Assembly (NCBI GenBank): GCA_002633005.1
Contig: NMRA01000559.1
Span: 1-64,000, forward strand
Direction: 5' to 3'
Source: Phoronis australis
Lineage: Eukaryota; Animalia; Phoronida
Length of the DNA stretch: 64,000 nt
Shown: piece by piece, positions 40,401-51,771 of the stretch
Layout of the letters: every line of letters begins with the position of its first letter
Numbering within the stretch: the stretch's first letter is position 1
Translations under genes and position numbers: made by a program
Notes under the pieces: generated by a model
Database searches by the model: none
The model's input: the letters and a program-made list of their open reading frames with translations, nothing else
What the model was told of the DNA's origin: nothing

Positions 40401-43400
40401 ATGTTTCTATTGAGTTAACGCTCAGCATGATTTAAAAAAAGAATGACGTATTGTCTACATTAGTGTATAGAAAACCCACTTTCTCAGGTCTGTACCTCAA
40501 GTGGGATATATAGTTTTGTTCCTAAAAAGCACAAAACTGGTCTGTTCAATGGTCTAATTAATCGGGCCTTTAAAATATGTAACAATTCTGACTTGTTTGA
40601 CCGGGAACTTGAATTTTTAAATAACCTTTTGATTCAAAATGAATACCCAAAAACATTTATAAAATCTTGCACTGACAGGTTTTTACGTAACCAATCCAGG
40701 ACACCTGCGGATGTTTGTCATGGGCCTTAATTGAAGAAAGTATTTGTATATGTTGCCCAGAGCTCGCGCTTTGTTCTGACTTTATTCTGTGGGGTGTGCA
40801 ACATAATGTGCCAATTACCAAACCAAAACGGAGCGTTGGATTTTGAGGTAGGATAAGTGTCATCGTACAATTCTTGGCATGTGCGCATGTTTCTAAGTCA
40901 AATTTTGATCGAGTTTAATCGTGAATATCGTAGATTTCTCATTTCACCGAGCGTCTTATGGTTTAGCATGTGCGCACCATTTGGCGAAGTGGGCAAAAAG
41001 GTTCGCCTCCGAAAAAGTAGAAAACGAGACAAAAGTCCACTAAAAAGGCAGGAACTACCAAAATTCGGCGAATGCACAATTCAAAGCTCTGAACGTACCC
41101 CGTTATTTTAGTAAAAAGTCCACATTCTCAAAAATTCTAGCTCCCCGATTTTTTAGGCTGGGTGCGCGCATGTTTAGGGCACTACAAAGCTTCAGTTGGT
41201 ATTGGATCTCTGACTCCAAGAATATCAGTGGGTACAACTGCAAAGCTCATGTGTTCTACTAATATTTCCATTTTGTACAGGGTGGATAAGAAGAAAGCAT
41301 CGCGAAAGCATACCGATCCAACTGATTTACGAGGACTTGCCGTTCAACGACTTTAAGTCGCTAATTCGAAGGGTTCACGGTATGTATGTGTTTCTTCATA
41401 ACTCACATGTAGTTAACTTCCCAAAATTCAAAGGGATTTCTCAATGCAGGGAAATAACGAAGTAATTATGAAGACAAACGTGGTACATTTCTGCGCAACG
41501 TCTTGTCAACAGATGTCGTTGATGGGTCCACATTACGACACGTGAAATGTCACTAAACCATGAAGAGAATCTCACAGTTACAGAAAGTTTCCAAACATCT
41601 ACCAGAAATCTGGGCATCGGGGCCGTACTTTGGGGCCCATTTATTGCAGATTGCAATCATTTCTTAATCCTTACTGGACCCATATGCGGCCGCTTCTTCC
41701 AGACTTGGGATCTTTGGTATTCCGTTGCTTGTAACTGGTAATTTTAATTTTCTCATCGCCCAAGGCTGTTTGTGATTGTGCGACGCAGTAGCAATTTCAC
41801 TGAAATATTACAGGGAACACGGACATTTGCTGATTTGCTGTTGTTGTCACACGTTTTCAGGAAACACGCGATAGTTGTTTTGCGTTTGTGGGATTTAGCA
41901 ACAATAACTGTATTAGAGAGGGTCTAACTCAGATCCATAATATTTATACGTCTACTTTTGCGTTATCAGAGAATGATTAGTTTAAATTGCAGTTTGAATT
42001 TTCACTGTTATTTTGGTTTATTTGTAAAAACGTAATGTTTACTGTAACTTATTTACAACGCGAAATGGGACGGTCAACCTCAACAGTCTCAGACCAACAG
42101 TTCGCTACCAGAATGAAAACTCCTCTCAATGTATTTTTAGGGCATTTAGTAGGCCCTACCTGGTAATGACACTCGCCTTGACCGATAACAGCGAGAATTA
42201 GCGATTTAAGAAAAAATCACTAAAAATACGACGGATTATGTTGTTTAATATTTGTGATGAAAGCTTATGTTTTAAAGAAGCCTGTCACATCCATCGAACA
42301 TGACCCGTTAGAGGAAAATTTTTGTTGTCTGCATTCGTTTTGATTTCAATACGAGAACGGCTAGTGTGGTCGCGTAATAGAGAAACCTGGCTTAAGTATG
42401 CTTGAAGGCCAGAGCTTTTAATTTTGCAGGGCGTTGCGTTTCTAAAACTTGATTTTTATAGCTTGCGTTTTGTGCCAATACGTGAAGTTTGTAAAAAGTG
42501 CTCCCTTAAATAAAGTTAGGAACAGCCTAAAGAATCATGACCTTGGTTTCCATTGAGCAAGCTTTTTGAGGCCCTCGCGTGAAATAATATTTTAAAGATT
42601 CTATAAACATGCCGATGCATCGCCGTGTTACCATGTATGCGTTTATGTAGGCACATGCGCCGACATGTAACACTGGACCTATATTTTGAATTAAGCACAT
42701 TATTAGCAGAACACTCGGTCGAGCGACACAGTCTTGAGCACTAGCATGTTAGCCAAGTTTGTCTTGTTCGCTAATTAAGACGATGGTTGTTGGTGGGCCC
42801 GCGGTTCATGTGCTTCAAATCTAACACCATCAGGACATTTCTAATGAGTCAGCTATGCTTAAAATCCAAGTATCCTTTCCATGGACCCAAGCGAATCCCA
42901 TACATCAAATTTTTGATGAAACGGAAACAGGGATTTCTATCCCATATTCAACATCCCAATCTCCCCGACAAATCCCAATCTCCCCGATCAATCACTTCAG
43001 TAGCATCATTTTGCTAACGGCCGAAAATTTCACTGGTCTTGCGTAATCTTCCTTTAGCGCAAGTTTATTGCATCTCAGGAATGTTGATGAGGTACTATCT
43101 ACAGGTCATTGAACATGTCTATTGTATGCGAAAATAACCAAACTGAATGAAGGGGAAAACGCAGACAGCAGACAGTAAGTCGATGTCTCTCCCTGTGGCG
43201 GATTTAGAGGGGGCCATGTCCCCCCTAAAATTCCCCCAGATTCCATTTGGCAGTTCGGGGGTGTGAATGTCTGACGTCCAAAATCCTGGCTAATACTCTG
43301 CCCTGCCCCTCCTCCCCCTAACTCAAAATCCTGGATCCGCCCCTTTCTCCGACTGGACGTCATTAAGTTTGTCGTGATTTCACTAATAATTCGCCTATTT

Positions 43401-46400
43401 TTAAAATTGAAAACCCAGCTATGTTAATTTTTCATCCCTAAAAACACTGAAAGTTAAGTTCTCAAAAATTCTTGTCTGTTGCCACACCAGTCAACGGCAG
43501 GCGTGTATATACGGTCATTGACTATAGAGTATCTATGGTGTGATCCGTGTAGAACAAAACTCTTGCAAGAAATTAAGATAACGCAAGCTTTCACGAGACA
43601 TCGCTATGCATTATATGCAAAGCACATGATCCCACAAGCTTTACTCGTTCGTGTCTTACGTCCACGGAACGCGCTCGAGGGCTTAAAAGAGAATGCCACC
43701 TGATTTGATTAGTCTTTTTTACCGTCTTAATCGGCCTATATCCACATCGCCTCTTGTACGATCGACCTCACCTTGCCAAGAGGTGTCGCGTCAACCTGTG
43801 AGGAAGGTGAGGAACGACGCAGCGACGTCAGTGGTTCGTCTGCAGAGTGAATGCCGCTATATTGCGGTGCATCGTTCCCGCTTGTCCGACCTATGAAGCT
43901 GCGAAAAAAGCGGGTATGTCGTTTTTTTTTCGACTTCCTCGAGAGCCCGAAATGCTTAGGAAGTGGCTCGCGGTAGTGAAGAATGAAAAGTACGCAAGTA
44001 TGAGGCCGTGAAACATCTCCGTGTCTGTGGCCGGCATTTCCTCGACAGTGATTTCTCTGACGAATTCCGGCTTACCAAAGAACTATGCATTCGTTCCGTT
44101 GCCTGTTCACGGCGCCACTCTAGTAATTCTTGATCAGTGTATGCCGGTTCGAACTGATAGCCTGTGAAACTTAACGATCCGACCCGTGAAGTCTTCGTTG
44201 GATGAGCTCTTAAGTCGGGATTGGCCGGGCGCCGGGCGAGTAGCCATGTAGACTTTTATTATTCTGCATTCTGTTTCAAAATAAATTATTCTCACCCTAA
44301 CCAATGCTTATGTAAAACCGGCTGAAACAAAGTCTGTCTCATTAGATACAATTTGTAATGCCTTTGGGGGTATTCGTGAGTGCAAATGTTTTGAGAAGCT
44401 AGCAATGAATAAACCATTGCGTTACCGAGGTTATACGTGTTGTGTGCCTGGCTGCTATAATACCAGTTAGCGAGATAAAGAATTTAGTTACTACCTGTTT
44501 CCCAAGGATCAAGAACTGCGTTAAACATGGGTCAGGGACATCGGTAGAGCTGGTAGCAAAGGCCGACTTAATGAATTATTTCCGACTTCGTAGCTTAAAA
44601 TATGCAGCGCTCATTTTGAGGGCGGCAAGAAAACAGATCTTGGAAACTGCCCAACAACATTTCCCTTGAAAGAAACAATAACAAATACTCCACGGCGGAT
44701 GGTAGTGAAAAAAAACTTGTTTTCGCTTGACCAGAACCAAGCCAACATGAGCAATTTTGAGGATAATGCCTCTGCCTGCACTATCACCTGTTCTGGGTCG
44801 ACTCACTTAACGTACGCATACTATATGCATTAACGCGCTAAGATAAAGCGTGCAGAATATTATTATTTACTTTCTACAAAATTGTGGTGCATTGCTATCA
44901 AAATTCGTTGTTAAATTACGATCATTTTTCAGAAAATTGTGCTGAAATCCCAGGGCGAAATCTCGCCGACAAATGCGTAGCTGCCGGCCTCGCAATCGTC
45001 GATAGGGCTTGAATTCTTGAATAAGAATACAGCTTCGACTCAACAAATTATCTGAAATCCTCCTCAAGTTTTCCAAATAGCGTCTCTAAGATTTTTAAGT
45101 TCTTATGGAGTCTGGATTAACTGCAGATTAAGTCCAAATCTGCACTAGATTGTAACCCGCAACTCGAGAAAAATCTCTGGAGGAACACACACGTTGTTGT
45201 CACGTTACGCTTGTTTTGAAGTTTGTATGCGTGTGTGTGAAAGTAAGCGTGCGTGTGCTTGTCAACAGAGTTCATTTGCCAGAGTAAATGCGATGAAATG
45301 ATCTAGGTGTGCATTGTATCCAAAGAAATTAACTCAAGCAGTCAAGCAGAGCGTGTTTAATATTTAGCTTAGCACTTGCTGGCCTCATCTGCTAAAAAAA
45401 CGTTCGAGAATTGTTTCGGTGAGACCGATATGTCACTCATTGAGTCGCCGGGTGAGTGGATGTTGTGAAACAATTACTCGATTTTATATGCTATGGTCAC
45501 ATGTTAGGGAAATCTTTATTTAGAAATACATTATTCAAATCATTGTTACTGTACAACCTTTGCCCTGACGGTCTGTGGAAGGGGAACCTGACTTCGCGGC
45601 CCCCAACAAGTATGTAGATTTTCAGTTTCGTAGCTAATTCACCTAAATACGTGCACATTATTTCTTTGGCTCACTATTATAGTCTTTTCGCGACAGGAGG
45701 TTTAGTTTCCAGCTTAAGCTGGTTTATGTTCGTGATGTCCAGTCCGGCGGCCGGGTTCCGAGCCACAGGCGGGGAGTGAAGCGTTTTGTGTGTTTAGAAC
45801 TGAAAAAATCGCAAGTCTAAACGGTTAACGTACAGCACACAGATATGATCTCCCGTCTGTATTTCACGGAAGAATGATTCCAATTTATCACCAAACAGAC
45901 CCAAACTTCCGCGACCGACCATAATTGTCCTAGGCTACGGTACGTTCAAATACCTATAAATCCGTAACAGTGAAATAAAACAACACGTTTGTTCAAGAAC
46001 TCGATGTATTTGTAAGGGGTTTACATCGAGTTTTGATGATTTATTGGTGTAAAACGATGAATTCAAGCGATAATTTGATATCAATAGGCTAAGCGTGTTG
46101 TGAATGGCTGAACAGACTGCGTTCGAACCGATTACGTCATTGGTTAATTTCAACTCCTCCGTCTGCAGTTAGGTGTCAGGTAAAACAACTGAACTTGCTG
46201 CTTTTGAGTGGAACTCATTCTTACGAAAGACGTCGCTCTAGTCGGTTGGCGCATTGTTGGCTTACGTAGTAAATGACTCGAACTACTCGATCTAAATTGA
46301 TACAAAATAGGTTGTTTTTCAGGTGGCATTCTCCTTTAACCTCGCTAAGATTTAGAGCTTTTGAAAGCGCAAAAACGAAGAATAGATGAACTTAAAGCAA

Positions 46401-49400
46401 AATAATAACGACTTTTTGATTCCGCCTCTCTCTAGGACTGCTTCCAGGAGGTGACCCGGGCTTTGGTGACGTGGAAAACCTGTACGTCCTTATCAGTCCC
46501 ACGGGTTTTTTCAGCGAGTGCGTCCCTCCAAATACTGTCGACCTGGGATTTTCAACATTATCAATGCACTACTTGAACGAGTTGTGAGTACCAATCTGCT
46601 TGTGAGAGGGAGACTACATCGACTTCAGTGATAGCCACGGGAGACATGGAAAACCGGCTGAGGTGGAAAGCCGATCAAGAGAGCGTTAGGCGCGGCGTTT
46701 GATTTTAGACGGCGTGTTTTTGCAGAAAATACGGTTTCAATTAAATGACATTGTATTAGTGCACTCTCGCCCCAGGATTTGATTTACGCAAATCTCTATT
46801 CCAAGACACTTAGACGGACTTGCCTGCTTACGCACGGCTGGTCCTAACCGTACGCGCATGAAATTCGGCCCGCATTCCCGCGCACGCTTTTTCCCACTCG
46901 TGGACTCAGAATCCTGGACCATGCCTCGCGTTTCGTGGAAATATTTCTTTGCTGGTGCACGGACCAGCGCTGCTAAATCTGCCACTGCTGATGGTATAAA
47001 AGTAAAGCAAAACAAACTGAATGTTCAATATATTGACAATTGTGAGGAAAAGGGAACTGTGAAAATGATATAGAACACATTTTGCGCTCAGCAATATCGT
47101 GAACACGAGTATTGGTAAAGTGTCGACAATTTTCTTTATATTTGATAAATTGGATAACATTCAGAGTATGTAGTGAGAGAAATTTATTTGATTTTATGAT
47201 ATTAAAATAACTTAAAATAGCAAGCATAAGTGGTTAACACGAAAATAGACCAACAGCTCGATCGACGCGTTGAGCATGAAATAATCTATGGGAGCAGGGT
47301 TGGTCTGCGCGTGAGCAAAGAAATATGTCCGCGAGACGCGAAAAGGGGGAAAATGCGTCCGCGAGAGACTTTTGTTCGCGGGCGGGCCCGAGCCGCACGC
47401 GGGCAGGGACGTCTGAGACCCTTGTGTTTACATCGAAGTTGTTCTAAGTTGGCACTACGATTCCTGTTGATAGTTTGTTGAGATTTGTTAGCAGGTTCAG
47501 TTGGGAACACCTCGCTGTTCCTAAACTCATGGATCTTTGCTCGTTTTTCAGATTTCTGTGCGGCGCACGCACAGTGGATGCTTTGTTTTTTTTCGCAGGG
47601 ATTCGTGAACTGATTTCTGATTACTATTAGCAGGAACGCACACTAATCTCGTCAGATTGTTGTCAAACACTCGGTCCCATTTTTAATTCTGTTTGCTATT
47701 TTCGAAGGCCTTGTAAGATTACTGGGGCGATTCACTCCAAACTGATTACCATACCAGAGGAGGAGGAACTTTTCAAGGCACAAGCAGCCAAGGATTGGGA
47801 AAATCTGCTTCTTAAAAGAGCAAGTGAAATGAAACCAGGTATTCTGTGCTTTTCAAGAAAATTTCGAAGTAATTCATTCTACTCCCAGTGGTCTTGGATT
47901 TGGGTCTGAAATGAAAAAGTGTACGCTGTTCTTCCAATACACTCGCGTATCGCTCAAATTTCAAATAGAAAGTAGCCAAATGAGTTGGATCCTGTCACAC
48001 CAGGGTAGTTCACAACACGATCTCGAAACAGGAAAAAAGCGAGTGGCGGGAATCGACAGAGCGTTGTATATCTATGTAAGAATTCCTTGGGCGGTGCCGC
48101 ATTCGAGGCATCGTTTTCTGCCAAACTTTTCGCTCATTCCTTGTCCGTTTCCTCGATTTGTTAAGACGAGCTCGCGTGTTCTTAGAACTGACTTGTATAG
48201 TGTGACAGGGCCGTATGGAATACAAACTGATCGTAGCTTTAGACGCCACCAATCAAAGCTACTCTATAATTAGTATACCCTATAACACCAAACGTGTTCC
48301 CAGAACGTCTGAGATGGGAAAAGGGTCATTTTTGGTCTCAAAAATGGCTCAAACACGGGATGTTCAATCGCACTTTACAACGCTCAAACCAGTTTCCACT
48401 CGTCTGTTTTTAATTTTCGAGATCGCATTGAGAACTCTGTTGGTATTACAAGTCTGTGGCTGAGACCCTGTTCCCTCGCAATTGCAGGAGGACGCTTTGT
48501 TCTGGAGGCACTAGCCACAGACTCTGATGGACACTACAGTGGCACTCCGCATCGATTCAATTTCTTTCGCCATTTAGATACACTGTGGAGACGGATGGCA
48601 AGCGATGGTATCATTAGCCAGGTAAAGAAATGTAACTTAAAACCAACTCCCAACGTTACTACCAGAATTTGAAACCCTTGAATAAAAGCAAGGAGCAACT
48701 TTCTAGAATAGTATGTGAGTAAAACATTTCTTAGACGTTCACTGTTCATCTTAAAAATATTAACAAGAGCAACGCAGAGGGTTGAAATACGCCCACGAAT
48801 GCACCGCTAATGGCGAGCTTTCAGGGGTGTTTATTGGGAACATAAAATGGCCACTAGGTAGCGCAAAATACGTCGAATCCATCCGAAAACTGGTATGTGT
48901 CATCAAAGATATTTACCAAATTTCAGAAAAATCCATCAAGTACTTTGGATAAACCGAGGAAAACGAAAAAAAAATGAAATTGCCACTAGAAGGCCATAGG
49001 CTCAAAAAAAACATAACTGCCACTAAGAGGCGCCACAGCAGATCAGACTTCCTCTTCACATTAGGAACATACATGCCAATTTCCACAACCATCTTTAGAA
49101 TGCTTTGGTTGGCAAAGAGGCAGACGCCAAATAACAATAGTAGAAAACAGTACAAATGGCCATTATAAGGCGCAAAATACCACGAATCAATCCGAAATGC
49201 GGAGGATAGCGTCACCTCAGTGATACCTATCTGCCAAATCTTATGAAAAGTGCGTTGGGTACCTTTGAAGATACAGAGGTTATATTAAAAAAACTACAAT
49301 TGCTTCAAGGGGGCACACCGGTAGTCGGATCCATACGAAAGTCATGGTTGTTTTTTTCAAGTTCATATATATTTACACACTTGCTAAACTTAAAGATCCT

Positions 49401-51771
49401 GCAGAGGGTTTAGGAGATACTCCCATGAGCGTAAAAAAACTGCCACTAAAAGGCGCCACAGTTTTAGAGGTAGTCGGAAAATCGTTGTCAGCCCTTGTCT
49501 CCATATTAAGAATATACATGCCAATTTCCACAATCATCCTTAGAGTGGTTTGGTTGAAAAAGGTGCAGATGACAAAAACAGACTCAAAAACAGTAAAAAA
49601 TACCACTAGGTGGCGCAAGATGTCTCGAATTCAACCGAAAACCGGATGATAGCGTCACCTCACTAATAGATGCCTATCTGCCAAACTTTATTAAAATCAG
49701 TTGACGACCTTTGAAGATACAGAAGTAAGCTAAAAAACTAAAATTGCCACTAGGGGGCACACCAGTAGGCTGATCCGTTCCAAAGCTGTCGTCCTCTATT
49801 GTTAACTTCGTACTACAACAGCAAAATTAAATAAAATCGGATCCTGTAGAGTGTATAGGAGGTACAGCCATGGGCACAAAAACTAACAAAACTGCCACTA
49901 GGGGGCTCCACAGTAGTCGAAGTCGTCGGAAAATCATCATCAGCCGCCCTCTTTACAGTAAGAGCACATAATTATGCCAATTTTCAAATTCATACCTAGA
50001 GTTGTTTGGTTGATAGAAGGGAGGACGCCAAAAACAGACTGGAAAACAGTAAAAAATGGCCACTAGGTGGTGCAACTTGGAATCCGTCCCGTAAACGGGA
50101 AGATTGCATTATCTCACTAGTAGTTGCCCAATTGCCAAATTTTATGAAAATCCAGTGAGGACCTCCAAAGATACAGAGGTAAGCGTAAAAAACTAAAATT
50201 GAAAATTCGTCGTCATCCGTCGTCAGCTTCATAGGAACACATCTGCCAAATCTCATCAAGATCGTGTGCGGAGTTTAGGAGATACACTACGGACGCCCGG
50301 ACAGAGATGGCGGCAATAAAAATGGGCAAAATATACGAATACTACACAGCATGTGACACTCACGTGTACGTCATAACCACCTGCACCTATAAGTGAAACC
50401 TAGGCGTGTGCGTCATGTACATTTGAGTAATGTACGGCAATAATCACTTACGGGCCGGGGTCCCGCACTGAATAACAGGCGTCAGGATGGTTCTCAAAAT
50501 GTGACTACTGCCAAGTGTGCGACCAAAGTCAAGACCAATATCCACCCGAATATCGCGGCAGTGCGTACCAATACTGATTTGTGATTATCGCTAATTCCTG
50601 GGACACTGACCTCAACGTTGGACCACAACGGAAACTGCTTGGAGTATTGTCTGTTTGAGAAGATTTAACCACACGCATTTTCCTCAATATGTGGTAATTT
50701 TTTCTTGCATATTTTCGCTACCGCAGGTGTTTTTCTGGTTGAGTCTATGTAGGGAACCCACCTACAATACAATTTTTAGTAGATTGGGAACAAAAACACC
50801 AGTTTGCATTATTCGAAAGCCACAATTTTGTCACCATTTTCAGGACGAGTTCGCCAATACCAATTCTCTGCACTACCTTCGAACTCTGGAAGAATACACC
50901 GCCCCGTTTGAGGACACCTCGTCGGCTGTGTACAGAGCCGGCCTCAGACTGTGCTCTGCAGAGATTTACCATTTGCCGTGTCCTCATCATCATAGCTGGG
51001 TCACATATGGGCGACAAGGTATGGCTTGCTGTTCAATTCAGCCACCAGGTGACAGTCAGCCTGCGCCACGCCGGCAGTGCAGCACCAGGTCTTGGCTACC
51101 AAACAAGTAACTCAATTCGCTTCAATCGAACAATAATTTTAACTTTTCACCGGGTTCGAATATCTGGCTGATCCTTGTGAGGAATGTTCCCATGGTTGCA
51201 CACTCACACATCTTTTTAGAATAACTCAAGAAAGTGGACACGAGTGGACGTCAAAATACAACTAACAAAATCCGATTTGAAAGAAGCAGCGGAAATAAGC
51301 CATATTAATTTATCTCATTGGTCACACGTACAAGTTCTCGTACCCGCATATGTGCCATGCCTTTCTAATCTATTTTCTCACGAACACTTATCCCTTTCTC
51401 ATAAATCGCACTTCATTCCAAACTCTTTAGTTCATGTCTCAAGCACATGGTCAATGAAACTGGAAAAAAACTCACGCATAAAAATATTTTTGTAATTCGG
51501 AGTAAGACTGTCTACCCTGATTAAACAATCGTTTTTGCTATTTCCAGGAGACCCTCAGGCTATGCGCAGCCATGCCCACACATTCACGAAGAGCATCCGA
51601 TATTTCACCAATTGGCTGTTTATGGGCGGGCTATCAACCCATCGCACCGCAGCCGAATGCCAACAAATAGTTGACGAATTTTACAACAGATTTGAAGACG
51701 ACGTGGCTGCGGCGCCCGCAGACTTCGGCTTCACAAATGTTGGCGTATTCATTTCTTTCCGGAAAGTCTAG
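34446..51771 (+). CDS. SABATH-family (Methyltransf_7) SAM-dependent methyltransferase, copy B
   Basis: Exons 34446-34575, 36451-36546 (FTICDYAAADGLTS, motif I), 41281-41379 (LIYEDLPFNDFKSL), 46436-46583 (PTGFFSECVPPNTVDLGFSTLSMHYLN), 47708-47838 (FKAQAAKDWENLLLKRASEMKPG), 48488-48621 (GRFVL...LWRRMASDGIIS), 50844-51018 (DEF...YLRTLEEYTAPF), 51548-51771. Total 1137 nt, open, phase-consistent, all GT-AG. The first exon starts in phase 0 without Met, so an upstream start exon was not located. Confidence 0.9.
38399..39808 (+). mobile_element. HINE-like element, copy 2 (opposite orientation) in SABATH intron 2
   Basis: ttttatgcgcccacatgtatgtgg hairpin, then a (ccgt)n microsatellite and internal repeats; the far end is the reverse complement of the 30397 and 48762 ends. 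Confidence 0.65.
40170..40660. mobile_element. Penelope-like element fragment with inverted tail
   Basis: Plus strand 40450-40660 reads LSTLVYRKPTFSGLYLKWD-SFVPKKHKTGLFNGLINRAFKICNN...NEYPKTFI. A PLE-type terminal motif (rc ccttgacaatgg...ccgaaacgttgg) lies in the opposite orientation near 40240-40280. Confidence 0.7.
43193..43345 (-). mobile_element. Second copy of the 5772-5920 MITE-like repeat
   Basis: Reverse-complement match; both copies translate as the spurious [12 protein letters not shown]. Confidence 0.7.
43851..44070 (+). mobile_element. Degenerate THAP zinc-finger remnant 1 (DNA transposon)
   Basis: MPLYCGA..C...FRLPREPEMLRKWLAVVK...HLRVCGRHF, with frameshifts. Confidence 0.65.
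44405..44670 (+). mobile_element. Degenerate THAP zinc-finger remnant 2 (DNA transposon)
   Basis: [31 protein letters not shown]...KICSAHFEGGKK...CPTTFP, with three in-frame stops. Confidence 0.7.
48762..50320 (-). mobile_element. HINE-like element, copy 3 in SABATH intron 6
   Basis: Start aacaagagcaacgcagagggttgaaatacgccca; ~140-bp internal repeats each with gccactagRNGGC; end ggacgcccggacagagatgg. Confidence 0.65.
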
